From Macrostomum hystrix (taxonomy: Eukaryota > Animalia > Platyhelminthes): 64,000 bases of DNA. The stretch is from NCBI GenBank assembly GCA_950097015.1, contig CATNEN010000041.1:3410001-3474000 (forward strand), given 5' to 3'. Shown piece after piece: positions 1-9,888 of this stretch. The notes under the pieces are model-generated. The model saw nothing but the letters and a program-made list of their open reading frames with translations, did not search any database and had not been told where the DNA came from. Made by a program: the position numbers and the translations under genes. Every line of letters starts with the position of its first letter. Positions within the stretch are counted from its first letter, which is position 1.

Positions 1-560
1 TCCAGGTCCAGATGGGCGCAAGGGCGAATGCTCTTTCCTTTACTCTTTATCTTCTATATGTCAGAAATGCCCAGCCTACTTCTGAATCTCTATGTCGCTC
101 AATATATAGATGACATTACTATAGGTGCTTGGGCTTCCATCAGCTAGCCTGATTGGCCTGTATCTAACAAGCCCACTGGTAGCACTTGAGTCCAACCCTG
201 GATCCTTTGGCATTACCCACAGTTGACAATGGCTGCGCCAGCCTTGCCACACTGGCTAAAATTTCAACATTCTACAATGGATCCTGGGCCATGCAGACAT
301 CCTTACCCCACAACATTTCTGTTCCATTAGAGCAAGCAAACAAGCTCATTCCAATTTTCTAACTTGTAGGCTTCAAATTTTGTTATCTACCATAACTGTC
401 TAGATTGCTAGCATGAGACCTATGGCACAACTGTCACTAGCCATGAGCTTGCTGACCCCTAAGCCAACAAAAGACCTCTTGTGGCAGCAAGAGCAGCTCA
501 TCTGTCAACTGCTGCCCTGCTCTGTGGGGCTGCTCTGCCATATATGAAGAAGAATAAGAA
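1..560 (+). mobile_element. Degenerate 3' fragment of a non-LTR retrotransposon (RT remnant and GAA-rich tail)
   Basis: Frame from 43 reads LFIFYMSEMPSLLLNLYVAQYIDDITIGAWAS, resembling the LINE RT LFxxY...QYADD segment; ends in gaagaagaataagaa near 547-561. Clade not assignable. Confidence 0.55.
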
Positions 561-1134
561 TATATATATATTACTAAAAACCTAAAAACCCTAAAAACCC
601 TAAATATGCATAAAAATAGGCATCCCTAAAAACCTTTATAGACAGGTTTATGAACCTACTAAAATAGTAACTTTTTTGTAGGAATAAAGTTAAAAAGCCT
701 ATATCAATAGCTATATTCCAACTGTAATTCCTAGGCCTAATGTAGGCCTTTTTTGTAGGAATAAAGTTAAAAAGCCTGTATCAATAGCTATATTCCAACT
801 GTAATTCCTGGGCCTAATGTAGGCCTTTTTTGTAGGAATAAATGCTTGCACCAGCGGGACACAGCGCCTGTGAGGTATGAGTCAGTCCAGGCCCACGGGC
901 TAAGGTCTGCAATGCCTCACACCTGTAGTCGCTTTTTGAGCAGGCTTGGCAGGAGGATGCCCTGTGCCTTCGGGTGCAGGAACCCCTCCACGCTGTCCCG
1001 TCAGCTGACCCATGGGTACACGTCCCGCGAGTGTTCAAGGCTGACCCTAGGGCAGCCGGACAGAATGGGCAACAGCGATGGATGACCCATCCAGGGCCTC
1101 TGGCCAAACTGGGTACCTCTAGCCCCGGCTGGAG

Positions 1135-1560
1135 GGAAAGGTGTCACCCTTTGACCTTAACAGGGTATGCGGCCAGTCCGCAACGTTCGTGCACCTGTGT
1201 GTGATCAGGTACCTCTGGCTACGGCTCTGAGGGAAAGGTGTCACCCTTTGACCTCTAACAGAGTATGCGGCCAGTCCGCAGCGTTCGTGCACCTGTGCGT
1301 GATCAGGTACCTCTGGCTATGGCTCTGAGGAAAAGGTGTCACCCTTTGACCTTTAAACAGGGTATGCGGCCAGTCCGCAGCGTTTGTGCACCTGTGCATG
1401 ATCAGGTACCTCTGGTTTCGGCTCTGAGGAAAGGGTGTCACCCTTTGACCTTAACAGGGTATGCGGCCAGTCCGCAGCATTCGTTTACCTGTGCATGATC
1501 AGGTTCCTCGGGCTACAGCTCTGAGGGAAAGGTGCCACCCTTTGGCCTTACAGGGTACGC
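1135..1560 (+). repeat. Tandem ~97-bp monomers (4 full + 1 partial) in the LINE 5' UTR
   Basis: ggaaaggtgtcaccctttgacc... recurs near 1135, 1232, 1329, 1428 and 1525. Confidence 0.9.
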
Positions 1561-1706
1561 AGCCAGTCTGCGGGCCCGGCACTGCCTTTTTGTGCTCTCT
1601 AATGCCTAAGGTCTCACCGCCCCGAGGGGCTGGGAGGTCCGGGGAGTAAACCGGCCTTTAGCGGTCATTCATTCCTTTTTTTGCTTTCCAGCGACTTCTC
1701 CAAGTT

Positions 1707-2592
1707 ATGACTGACAATAACTTAAATAATACGATGGAGATCAAGGAGGCACCCACGCCTCGCGAAGGGCCCTCCCCGGACGACATCACGAACACCGCAG
1801 GACCAATCTACACAGGACCTGCCCCATCCAGCATTGGGCCCAACGAGCCGCCTAACGCCAAGCTGAGCAGCACGTCCGGCGCTGCCCGCCGCAGATGCCT
1901 CAAAGCAAAGCTGCAGGCCGCGGGCGCCTTCGACGCTTCAAACTCCAGGCCTAGGCCGAAGGAGGCCCAGCCGACCGAGGCGGCCGAGGCGGGAGGCCCC
2001 CGGCCCACCTGTCCAACCCCTGAGGAAGGAAGGGCACCCGAAGCCAGTGAAGGGTACCCCATGCCGGCCTCCCACGCTGCTGCGGACCCTCAGCCCGATG
2101 CCAGTGTAGCCCAGCCAGCCAGGGCGGCGGGCGCGGAAGGCCCTAGGCCTCCACGCCACGCTGCCCTGGAGGGTGGGGCCTCTGGCACCGCGACTGGGGG
2201 AAATCGCAACCTCGCCGGTAGCAACCGGCCCACTTTCGCCGCCATCGCAGAGGCAACTGACTGCTGACCAGCTGAAGCAAGCAAGCCGCGTCATCGATGG
2301 GCTTCTGTGGAAGCAAACCCTGAAGGGCACGCCTCTGGCTATAAAAACCCATGCCACGCGGGACTTGTGCCTGCTCATCTGGCCCAGCGATGCCGATTCA
2401 GGCCGGCTACTTCTTGAGATGCTGCCTGAACAGAGCTGGGAAGCCAATATGGCCTTCCACCAAGAGGACGAGCCACCCCAGACGAAGAGGCACTGCATCT
2501 TTGTCCCGGCGGCCAGCGTCGTCACCTCATCAGAAGAGTTGCGGAATGGACTGCTTGCAGAATCCCCTCAGAAACCGGAGGACCATCAATGA
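1707..2592 (+). pseudogene. LINE ORF1, frameshifted near 2265
   Basis: ORFs 1707-2267 and 2173-2592 lie upstream of ORF2. The stop overlaps the ORF2 ATG (ATGA, 2589-2592). The C-terminal part is reminiscent of LOA-type ORF1 (unverified). Confidence 0.65.
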
Positions 2593-5500
2593 TTGAAAAT
2601 CTTTGCTGCCTCCAAATAAACACTCAGCACTGCGTGGCGGCATCGGTTAACCTGATGCGCACGCTGAGTGCACGCTCCCGAGCCTCATTTTTGTTCAGGA
2701 GCCATGGCTTTCCAAAGGTAAGTCTACAAATGTACCTTCGGGATTTGACTGTTTTTGCATGGCGGATACCCCTCGCCCCAGATCGCTGATCTGGGCTGCA
2801 AATTCTCGAAAAGCGTGGATGAGACCCGACCTTTCCACCGGGGACATCTGCGTGATCCAAACACTGCACCTTGTGCAGCGAAAATCTACTCTGGTGGCTC
2901 TGAAAGCTTCTTGCTTTCGTCGGCGGCACAAACCTTAACTTCTGCAATGCTGGAAGCACCCCTACTTTCGACAATGGCCGCTGGTCGGAGGTACTCGACG
3001 TCACCCTCGCCTCCCTGGGCGTCCTCGCCAGGATATCCGGATGAAGAGTGTGGGGAGAAGAGGAGTCCCTCTCAGACCATCGTTTTATCCGCTTCGAGGT
3101 TGCTAGTGCTACCCCGAAGAAAACTATCACCTGGAGCAGGAACGTCCAAAACACCGACTGGACCAGGTTTGGCCTTGAGCTGAGCAGGGGCCTGCGTAAT
3201 TTCGGCACTCCGGGTGACATCACAAACTGCGACATTGTTGACGAAATAGCCTCCAAGCTTGGAGGCACGGTCATTGATGCCTATGAGGCGGCCTGTCCCC
3301 TCAAAGCCTATAAAGGCAAGAAATCTGCCCCCTGGTGGAACCCCGAGCTCGGAATCCTGAGAAAACGAGCCAAGGCTCTGCAGAGGAGATTTCTAAAAAC
3401 CAGGACCCCTGAAGACAGAGAAGCCTATGTTCATGCCAGCCATGAGTTCAAGGGCCAGGTCAGAAGGGCAAAAGTGGCAAAATGGCGCCAATACTGCGAA
3501 GGGCTTGAGGGCTCCCGCCCCACTGCCCGAGTGGTAAAAGCGCTCACTCAAGACCGCTTCTCCAAACTATCCGTGGTTAAGAGACCTGATGGGTCAACCA
3601 CAGATACACCAGAAGAGACGCTCCAGTTAATGCTCGGGCATTTCTTCCCCAGCAACCTGACAGCGCAGGGCCAGCCAGACCACACTGTGGGCGGGCAAGG
3701 CCTAGCAAAGTCTCTCGTCACCAAAGACCGCATCATACGAGCAGCAAAGTCCTTCAATCCGTACAAAGCTCCGGGTCCAGACGGCATTTACCCGGTGTTC
3801 CTACACGAGGCAGTAAAAAACCCCTGCTTCCTGGACATTTTCTGTCAGCTTCTGCGGGCCTGCGTGGAGCTGGGCTACGTACCAGCAACTTGGAGGGAGG
3901 CCCGCGTGGTCTTCCTTCCCAAGCCCACAAAAGACGACTATCAATCAGTCAAGGCCTATCGTCCTATCAGCCTGACTTCCTCCTTTCTGAAGCTGCTTGA
4001 GAGACTGGTGCTCTGGCGCCTCCTCTCTGTGGAACTCAAGCACTTCCCTCTCTCTCAGAACCAGCATGCTTTTAGGGCTGGCAGGTCCACTGAGAGCACC
4101 CTCCACTCCATTGTGGAAAAGCTGGAAAGGGCTGTGCTGGGTAACAGCTTCGCCCTCTCCGTTTTCCTCGACATCGAGGGGGCCTTCGACAACGTCCATT
4201 TCGAAGCGTTTCGCAGAGCCCTTGAATCTAGGGCCACGCACCCCCACCTTGTCCGCTGGATTATGTACATGATCCAGCACCGCTCTGTGGTGGCTAACCT
4301 CAATGGACACTCGCTTTCTGCACCAGTCCAGAAAGGGAGCCCTCAGGGCGGGGTTCTTACTCCTCTCCTTTGGAACCTTGTCATGGATGAGCTGCTTGAG
4401 GATGCTCAGCCAGATCCGGTCCAAAAAGTGGGATACGCTGACGATGTGACCGCCACCTGCGCGGGACCTTCAGTGGACACCATTAGAGACCTCATCCAGA
4501 GTTTCATCAACAGAGCAGTAAGCTGGGCGACCCGCTGCGGGCTCAGACTCTCCGAGTCCAAGACCGTGGCGATCATGTTTACCAGCAAGCTGCGTTGGAC
4601 CATGAAACCCCTCACTCTCTACGGCAAGGACATCGCCATGAGCAAGCAAACTCGTTGCCTTGGTTTGATCTTGGACCATAGGCTAAACTGGAGTCACCAC
4701 CTCCGTTTCAAAACCAAGAGGGCCCTGGCGATACTGGCGCAAGTCAGGCGAGCCGTTGGCACCACTTGGGGCCTCACCCCCCAGAAGCTCTGGTGGATCT
4801 ACACAACGATCATCAGACCCTCGATCTCGTACGCCAGCCTCATATGGGCTAGCGCCACGAGTACCCAGGGAAACCTGGATGCGCTTTACAGGGTGCAGGG
4901 CAGAGCCTGTCGCCTCACCCTCCACTCCCTTCGAAGGCATGAACGCCTTCCTGGGAGCCACTCCTTTGGACATCTTCGTCAAGGGAGAGGCCGCGAAGAC
5001 CACCAGGCACCTTATGGATGCCGGCGTGACGTTCAAATTCTCGAGGGCCTTCAAAAAGTGCTCTCTCACTCCCCACTCCGATCTGTGCCTCAAGATTCTG
5101 GGCGAGTGCGAAGGGCTCCACATCCTCTCCAATGCTATACCCGCCACTCTGACCCTGAGCCACAGGTACAAGGTCGAAATTCAGCCTCGCCAGGAGGCAA
5201 ACGACAGCTGGACCGACTCTGAAATCCACTGTTATACCGACGGCTCCCTCATGAACGGAATCTCAGGATTCGGAGCCTGTATCTACAAGGGAGGAGAGGT
5301 TGTCTGGACTCACTCCCAGCACACGGGGAAAAACTCCAGCATTTTTCAGAACGAGATGCTCGCCATCAGTTCATGTGCAGCAGAGATGCACCAGAGGGGG
5401 CTCACTGACCGGAAGATCTTTTTCCACTCCGACAGTCAAGCCGCCCTCCGGGCCCTCGACCGAAGCACCACCTGCTCTAAGACCACCTTGGACTGCAACA

Positions 5501-6123
5501 CCCAGCTTAACGAGTTGGCGCGGGCCAATGAGGTCAAGCTCAAATGGATCCCAGGTCACGCTGGCTTCCCAGGGAATGAGATGGCGGACCAGCTCGCAAA
5601 AGCTGGAGCAGCCAGCACCCTGGCTGGGCCAGAACCTGGCGCTCCTAACCCCGCCACTGTGACCAACATCAAGCTGAAATGCTGGATGGAGGCACAGCAC
5701 CTGGACAGATGGACCAAGACCCAAAACTGCAAGCAGTCCAGGGCAGCGGTACCATGTCCGTCTCACCGCCTGCGCAAAGCCCTCCTAAGGCTGAACCGCA
5801 GAGATCTCCACGCAGTCAGCATGGCCCTCTCAGGGCATGGCTGTTTCTCTTGACACCGCTTTCTCCAGGGCCAGCTCCTGGAGGACAAATGCACATTCTA
5901 TAGCTCGGGCAGTGAAAACACCGAACACTTTAAATGCCACTGCCCAGTTTTCACCAGGGCAAGGCTTGAACACCTTGGGCCAAACCCAACTCTCTCTGAT
6001 GCTTGCAGGCCCGAGAGCATCCCTCAGCTTGCCCGGTACCTCCGGGATATGGGGCGAGCCAACGTCTTTCCCACTGACAGTGCGGAGGACCATGTTGCTG
6101 GCGAGTCCGACGGGCCACCCTGA
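2589..6123 (+). pseudogene. LINE ORF2 pol (endonuclease, reverse transcriptase, RNase H, C-terminal zinc-knuckle-like motif)
   Basis: Pieces 2589-2789, 3048-~4930 and ~4930-5853. After the in-frame TGA at 5851-5853 it continues ...KCTFYSSGSENTEHFKCHCP... to TGA 6121-6123. Confidence 0.88.
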
Positions 6124-7656
6124 GCAACACCACCTCTCCTGAGGTCGTCTGGTTTACCAGGGGTTAGCGGAATGGGCGGTCCCCTCCGCCTCCTCGCTGC
6201 GTCCGTCGGTACGGAGCACCCTGCAGATAAGTCAAGTGTAGGAATAAATTAAAAAAGCCTGTATCAATAGCTATATTCCAACTGTAATTCCTGGGCCTAA
6301 TGTAGGCCTTTTTTGTAGTAGGCCCAGGAATTACAGTTGGAATATAGCTATTGATACAGGCTTTTTAACTTTATTCCTACAAAAAAGTTACTATTTTAGT
6401 AGGTTCATAAACCTCTGTCTATAAAGGTTTTTAGGGATGCTCAATTAAAAAAAAGAAGACCTTTGTTGTTCTATCTCCAACTATATTCTATGGAATAGCT
6501 TTGGGCTTCTTGAAATTTAATACAAAAGTAGATCCAGTTTTAGTTTTAGTTTTTGTTTTAGTATGTCTATAAATGTTTTTAGGGATACTGAGTTAAAAAA
6601 ATTAAACCATTTTGTTCCATCTACAACCACTTTCTTTGGAATGGCTTACCTATCACAGTCACAGGATGACCACACGAAATGGTACATAAGGTATTTGGAA
6701 TTTTAGAAGAATTTTTGATTGGGTGTTATTTTTATATGAGAATGGCAAATAAATAGGATTATTGGATTAATGACAAATAATAGGATCCAACAATAGAAAA
6801 ATAAAACATCTGATAAAAGATCTGATAAATTCAAAACCTCTAGAGGTTAAAAACAAAATTGGTTTAAGTAGCTGCGCGTACGGTGTACATAACCAGTCCA
6901 AATATTTGCATATTACCAGTGCCACATTGTGTCTGTTTATATGCATACATTGTATGTATACAAATACATACAACCTGGATTATCAGGATTCAGAATCAGC
7001 AACGGCGCTTATTATCACCGAATCTGTTTCCTAGAAAGAAAAACAAGTGTATGCAGCAAAACTATTAATTAGCTGGTGTTAAAAAATGATGATAGTCGAT
7101 AGATGATAATGTGACTAAATAATTTGCTTTATATTTGTGTTTCTTGTGTACTCTATTATTACCTGCATGGTGGAAAGGTGCTCCATTGAATGAGTGCAAA
7201 TTGTTAAAATCGAATGACTCTTTTCCATGCTGCGACGAATTTTTGCCATAGACAGGACTAAAAAAACGCGACATGTTAAAATCAAGTGCAATTTGCTGAA
7301 AATACATGTCTTTTGTTGAAATCAAATGCGAGTTTGCCGAATTTGGATGCTGGTCTGACTGACTAAAAATAGACTGATGAATTTAATTGCAGCTTGCTGT
7401 AATTTAATGAGCGTTAATTGGTTAACATTGAACGAAAAAGTGTACATTGATAGGTTGTGCACTGACCCTATTGTAAATTTAATGCTAAGTTGTCTAGATG
7501 GTTTTACTATAGACAGCGCTCAAAAACAATCGTGGCTCTCGCCTCTCGATGCAATTGAGCGTGGTCTAACTCTGAAGCCCTAGAGAAAATATAGTTTTAT
7601 TGAGCAAGCCTGGGACAATCGTGCATTGTATTAATGTATGACACACAGGTAAATAC

Positions 7657-9522
7657 GTATAAGTTATTTCCGTTTATTTATTTCTTTGGTCTGAATAATT
7701 TATATTATAAAAAATATATTTATACCCCGTTCAGCAGATTGCTCGATCACTGGGGGTGTAGGGCGAAGCCCCCACATTCTAACCATAGACGAAGTAAAAT
7801 TAAAACAGCTTGGGTACAGTTACTAAAAAGAGAAGCGAAGCTTCCAGAGGAAGAAATCTCAACTAAATCTCTTATTTATAAAAAACAGCGAAATTCCGAG
7901 CTATTTTCAACATGAGTGACAATGAAGACATGAGCTTCGGTTTTGAACGTATTAGTCTTGCTGAAGTCCAAGCTGTTCTGGATCACTTGTCAAATGCTCC
8001 TCTGGCAACCGACTACAACGAAGATGAGCAAAGACTCAATGAAATGATTGCGTCTGTTGTGCCGGAAGCGACAAAGAAGAAGTGCAATTGGATGGTAGAG
8101 GTCTTTCGATCATGGCATGAAGACAAGAAGACTCAATGGGCTAAGTCAGAACGTGGACCGATTTTAATGGTGTTGGCCGACCTATCCGAGATGAGCAAGC
8201 CTGATCTCAACTACGCTTTGAAGTTGTTTATTTTAGAGATACGAAATAAGCGTGGTGATCGCTATGCTGCTTCTACTTTGAAGGACTTCTTCAGCATGCT
8301 GCAATACTGTTTGTTAAACGAGTGTGGAAAGCCATGGAGCCTCTGGACGGATATGGATTTTAATGAATGCCGGCGTGCGCTTGATGCTTCAATGAAGCTG
8401 AGTACCCGTGAGGGAAAGGGCAGTGGATTGCGACGTGCAGGACCTGTTCTACCTAGCATCGAGGAGATGCTCTGGTCTGAAGGTATGCTTGGTATAAGTG
8501 AGAGCCCACGACAACTGCTGAGTGCCGTGATTTGGGGTCTCGGAAAACATTTTGCACTACGCGGGGGTTCCGAGTTGCGAGACCTACAGTACAATCGACA
8601 GATCCGGCTAGAAACCGTTGGTGAAGAGGTCTGCTTAGTTTACAGGGACAACACTGGATCGAAGACCAACCAGGGTGGTTTGAAGAGCCTTCGAAGAGAA
8701 CCGAAGATCGTTAGAGCCTTCCACACCGAAGACGATTCTAAGTGCATCGTCTGTCTGTATACCGAGTACGTTTCGCGTTGGCCGAGCGAATGTTGCGAGG
8801 CTCTTTTCTTGTCATGCAACAGGCAATGGAAACCCGATGGTCGCTCGGAATGGTTTACAAGGACTCCGATTGGACGGCATACGTTGGCCGAAACTGTGAA
8901 GTCGCTTGTGACGAAGGTGGCTCCGGACGACACTACTCGCTACACTAACCAGTCGTTGCGCAAAACCTGCGCGACTGTTTTACACGATGCTGGTGTACCG
9001 CGCCAGGATATCGCACGGCACACGGGCAATAGTAGCTCTGCTCTAGAACGATACATCGATGTTTCGATGACTCAGCAGAAGCGCTTCAGTACCATTCTGT
9101 CCCGTTCTGTCCAGGTGAAGGAAGGCGAAGAGACGCGGTGCGTGACCACTGCTAGCACCTCTGCGGTGGTGGGATCTGGAGACGTCGAGAGGCATCAAGA
9201 GGGGCCTGCTAATATACAGCCACTAGCGAAGAAGATGCGTGTGGAGTTGTGCGGTGAGACGAATCGTGTAGTTGTCTACTTTGATTGAGCTGCTTTGTTA
9301 TGAAACATTCACTAACTTTAAACGGAAAAGTTTGTGTTATTTATTTGTTCATAACATTGTAATCTGTTGTCTACAATATTATTATTATAAACATAGACAA
9401 AATAGAAAAAAAATCGCTATTCGTGCGTCTAATTTATTTGGATCGGGCAAGGACTTCTATATAATAGCATCTGGACTGGAAACGAGAAATAAATTTCACA
9501 GTTATTTTACCACATGAGGCCA
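7657..9522 (+). mobile_element. Crypton-type (tyrosine recombinase) DNA transposon, CryptonA-like
   Basis: Intronless YR ORF with flanking blocks that recur inverted at 13070-13559. Exact termini uncertain. Confidence 0.7.
7912..9288 (+). CDS. DUF3504-like tyrosine recombinase, 458 aa
   Basis: KRGDRYAASTL (N-terminal block), FALRGGSELR (catalytic Arg), SKTNQGG (Lys), TNQSLR (HxxR box with Q), HTGNSS, ERY (Tyr). Confidence 0.85.
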   Translation: MSDNEDMSFGFERISLAEVQAVLDHLSNAPLATDYNEDEQRLNEMIASVVPEATKKKCNWMVEVFRSWHEDKKTQWAKSERGPILMVLADLSEMSKPDLNYALKLFILEIRNKRGDRYAASTLKDFFSMLQYCLLNECGKPWSLWTDMDFNECRRALDASMKLSTREGKGSGLRRAGPVLPSIEEMLWSEGMLGISESPRQLLSAVIWGLGKHFALRGGSELRDLQYNRQIRLETVGEEVCLVYRDNTGSKTNQGGLKSLRREPKIVRAFHTEDDSKCIVCLYTEYVSRWPSECCEALFLSCNRQWKPDGRSEWFTRTPIGRHTLAETVKSLVTKVAPDDTTRYTNQSLRKTCATVLHDAGVPRQDIARHTGNSSSALERYIDVSMTQQKRFSTILSRSVQVKEGEETRCVTTASTSAVVGSGDVERHQEGPANIQPLAKKMRVELCGETNRVVVYFD

Positions 9523-9888
9523 ATGTTTAGCCGAGCACAGCGGCTCTCCAGAGAAACATATCTACTTAAGCCGTCACACATCTCAAGGCGCCTACATTCC
9601 AGGCATGCACATTGAATTTGGTGGAAATCCTATGTTGTGGAGAGAAATGGAGTCTACTTTTTTCGGAGAAGCATTTCCAATTGATTTCAATGGCGTTTCA
9701 AATTGGCATTCCATCGGTCCCAGCTGTTCACCATAGACACTTGTTCCAGAACTGCCACGACTTATGGCCACGTAGTGGCACTAATTTGAATTGGATCAGA
9801 TTTCCTATTTGTTTCATTTCATTCTCAACGCAGTTTCCTCAGTTTTCTTTGCCAAGGATTTCTGCGCCATAAAAGCATATCCTTCACT

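Larger units (their letters stand above)
844..6236 (+). mobile_element. Full-length non-LTR retrotransposon, LOA/R1-I group (ORF1; APE-RT-RNase H-CCHC ORF2), disrupted copy
   Basis: APE start LQINTQHC and end SDHRFI; RT motifs KAPGPDG, DIEGAFD, PQGGVL, YADD; RNase H YTDGS, EMLAI, SDSQAAL, WIPGH, GNEMAD. 13-bp TSD tgtaggaataaat at 831-843 and 6237-6249. Confidence 0.92.
620..6440. repeat. Foldback/MITE-like element with ~120-bp inverted arms and internal 77-bp tandem units, interrupted by a LINE
   Basis: 620-~740 is the near reverse complement of 6319-6440. Unit tgtaggaataaag...aggcctttt starts at 677, 754, 831 and 6237 (period 77). Confidence 0.78.

Noticed and set aside
854-1001. Canonical 5' HDV-like ribozyme in the LINE leader (gcgggaca/tgtcccgt helix and a tccacgc loop-like motif)
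   Set aside because: No P3 pairing, no GG for P1.1 and no matching P2; only a P1-like stem is present.
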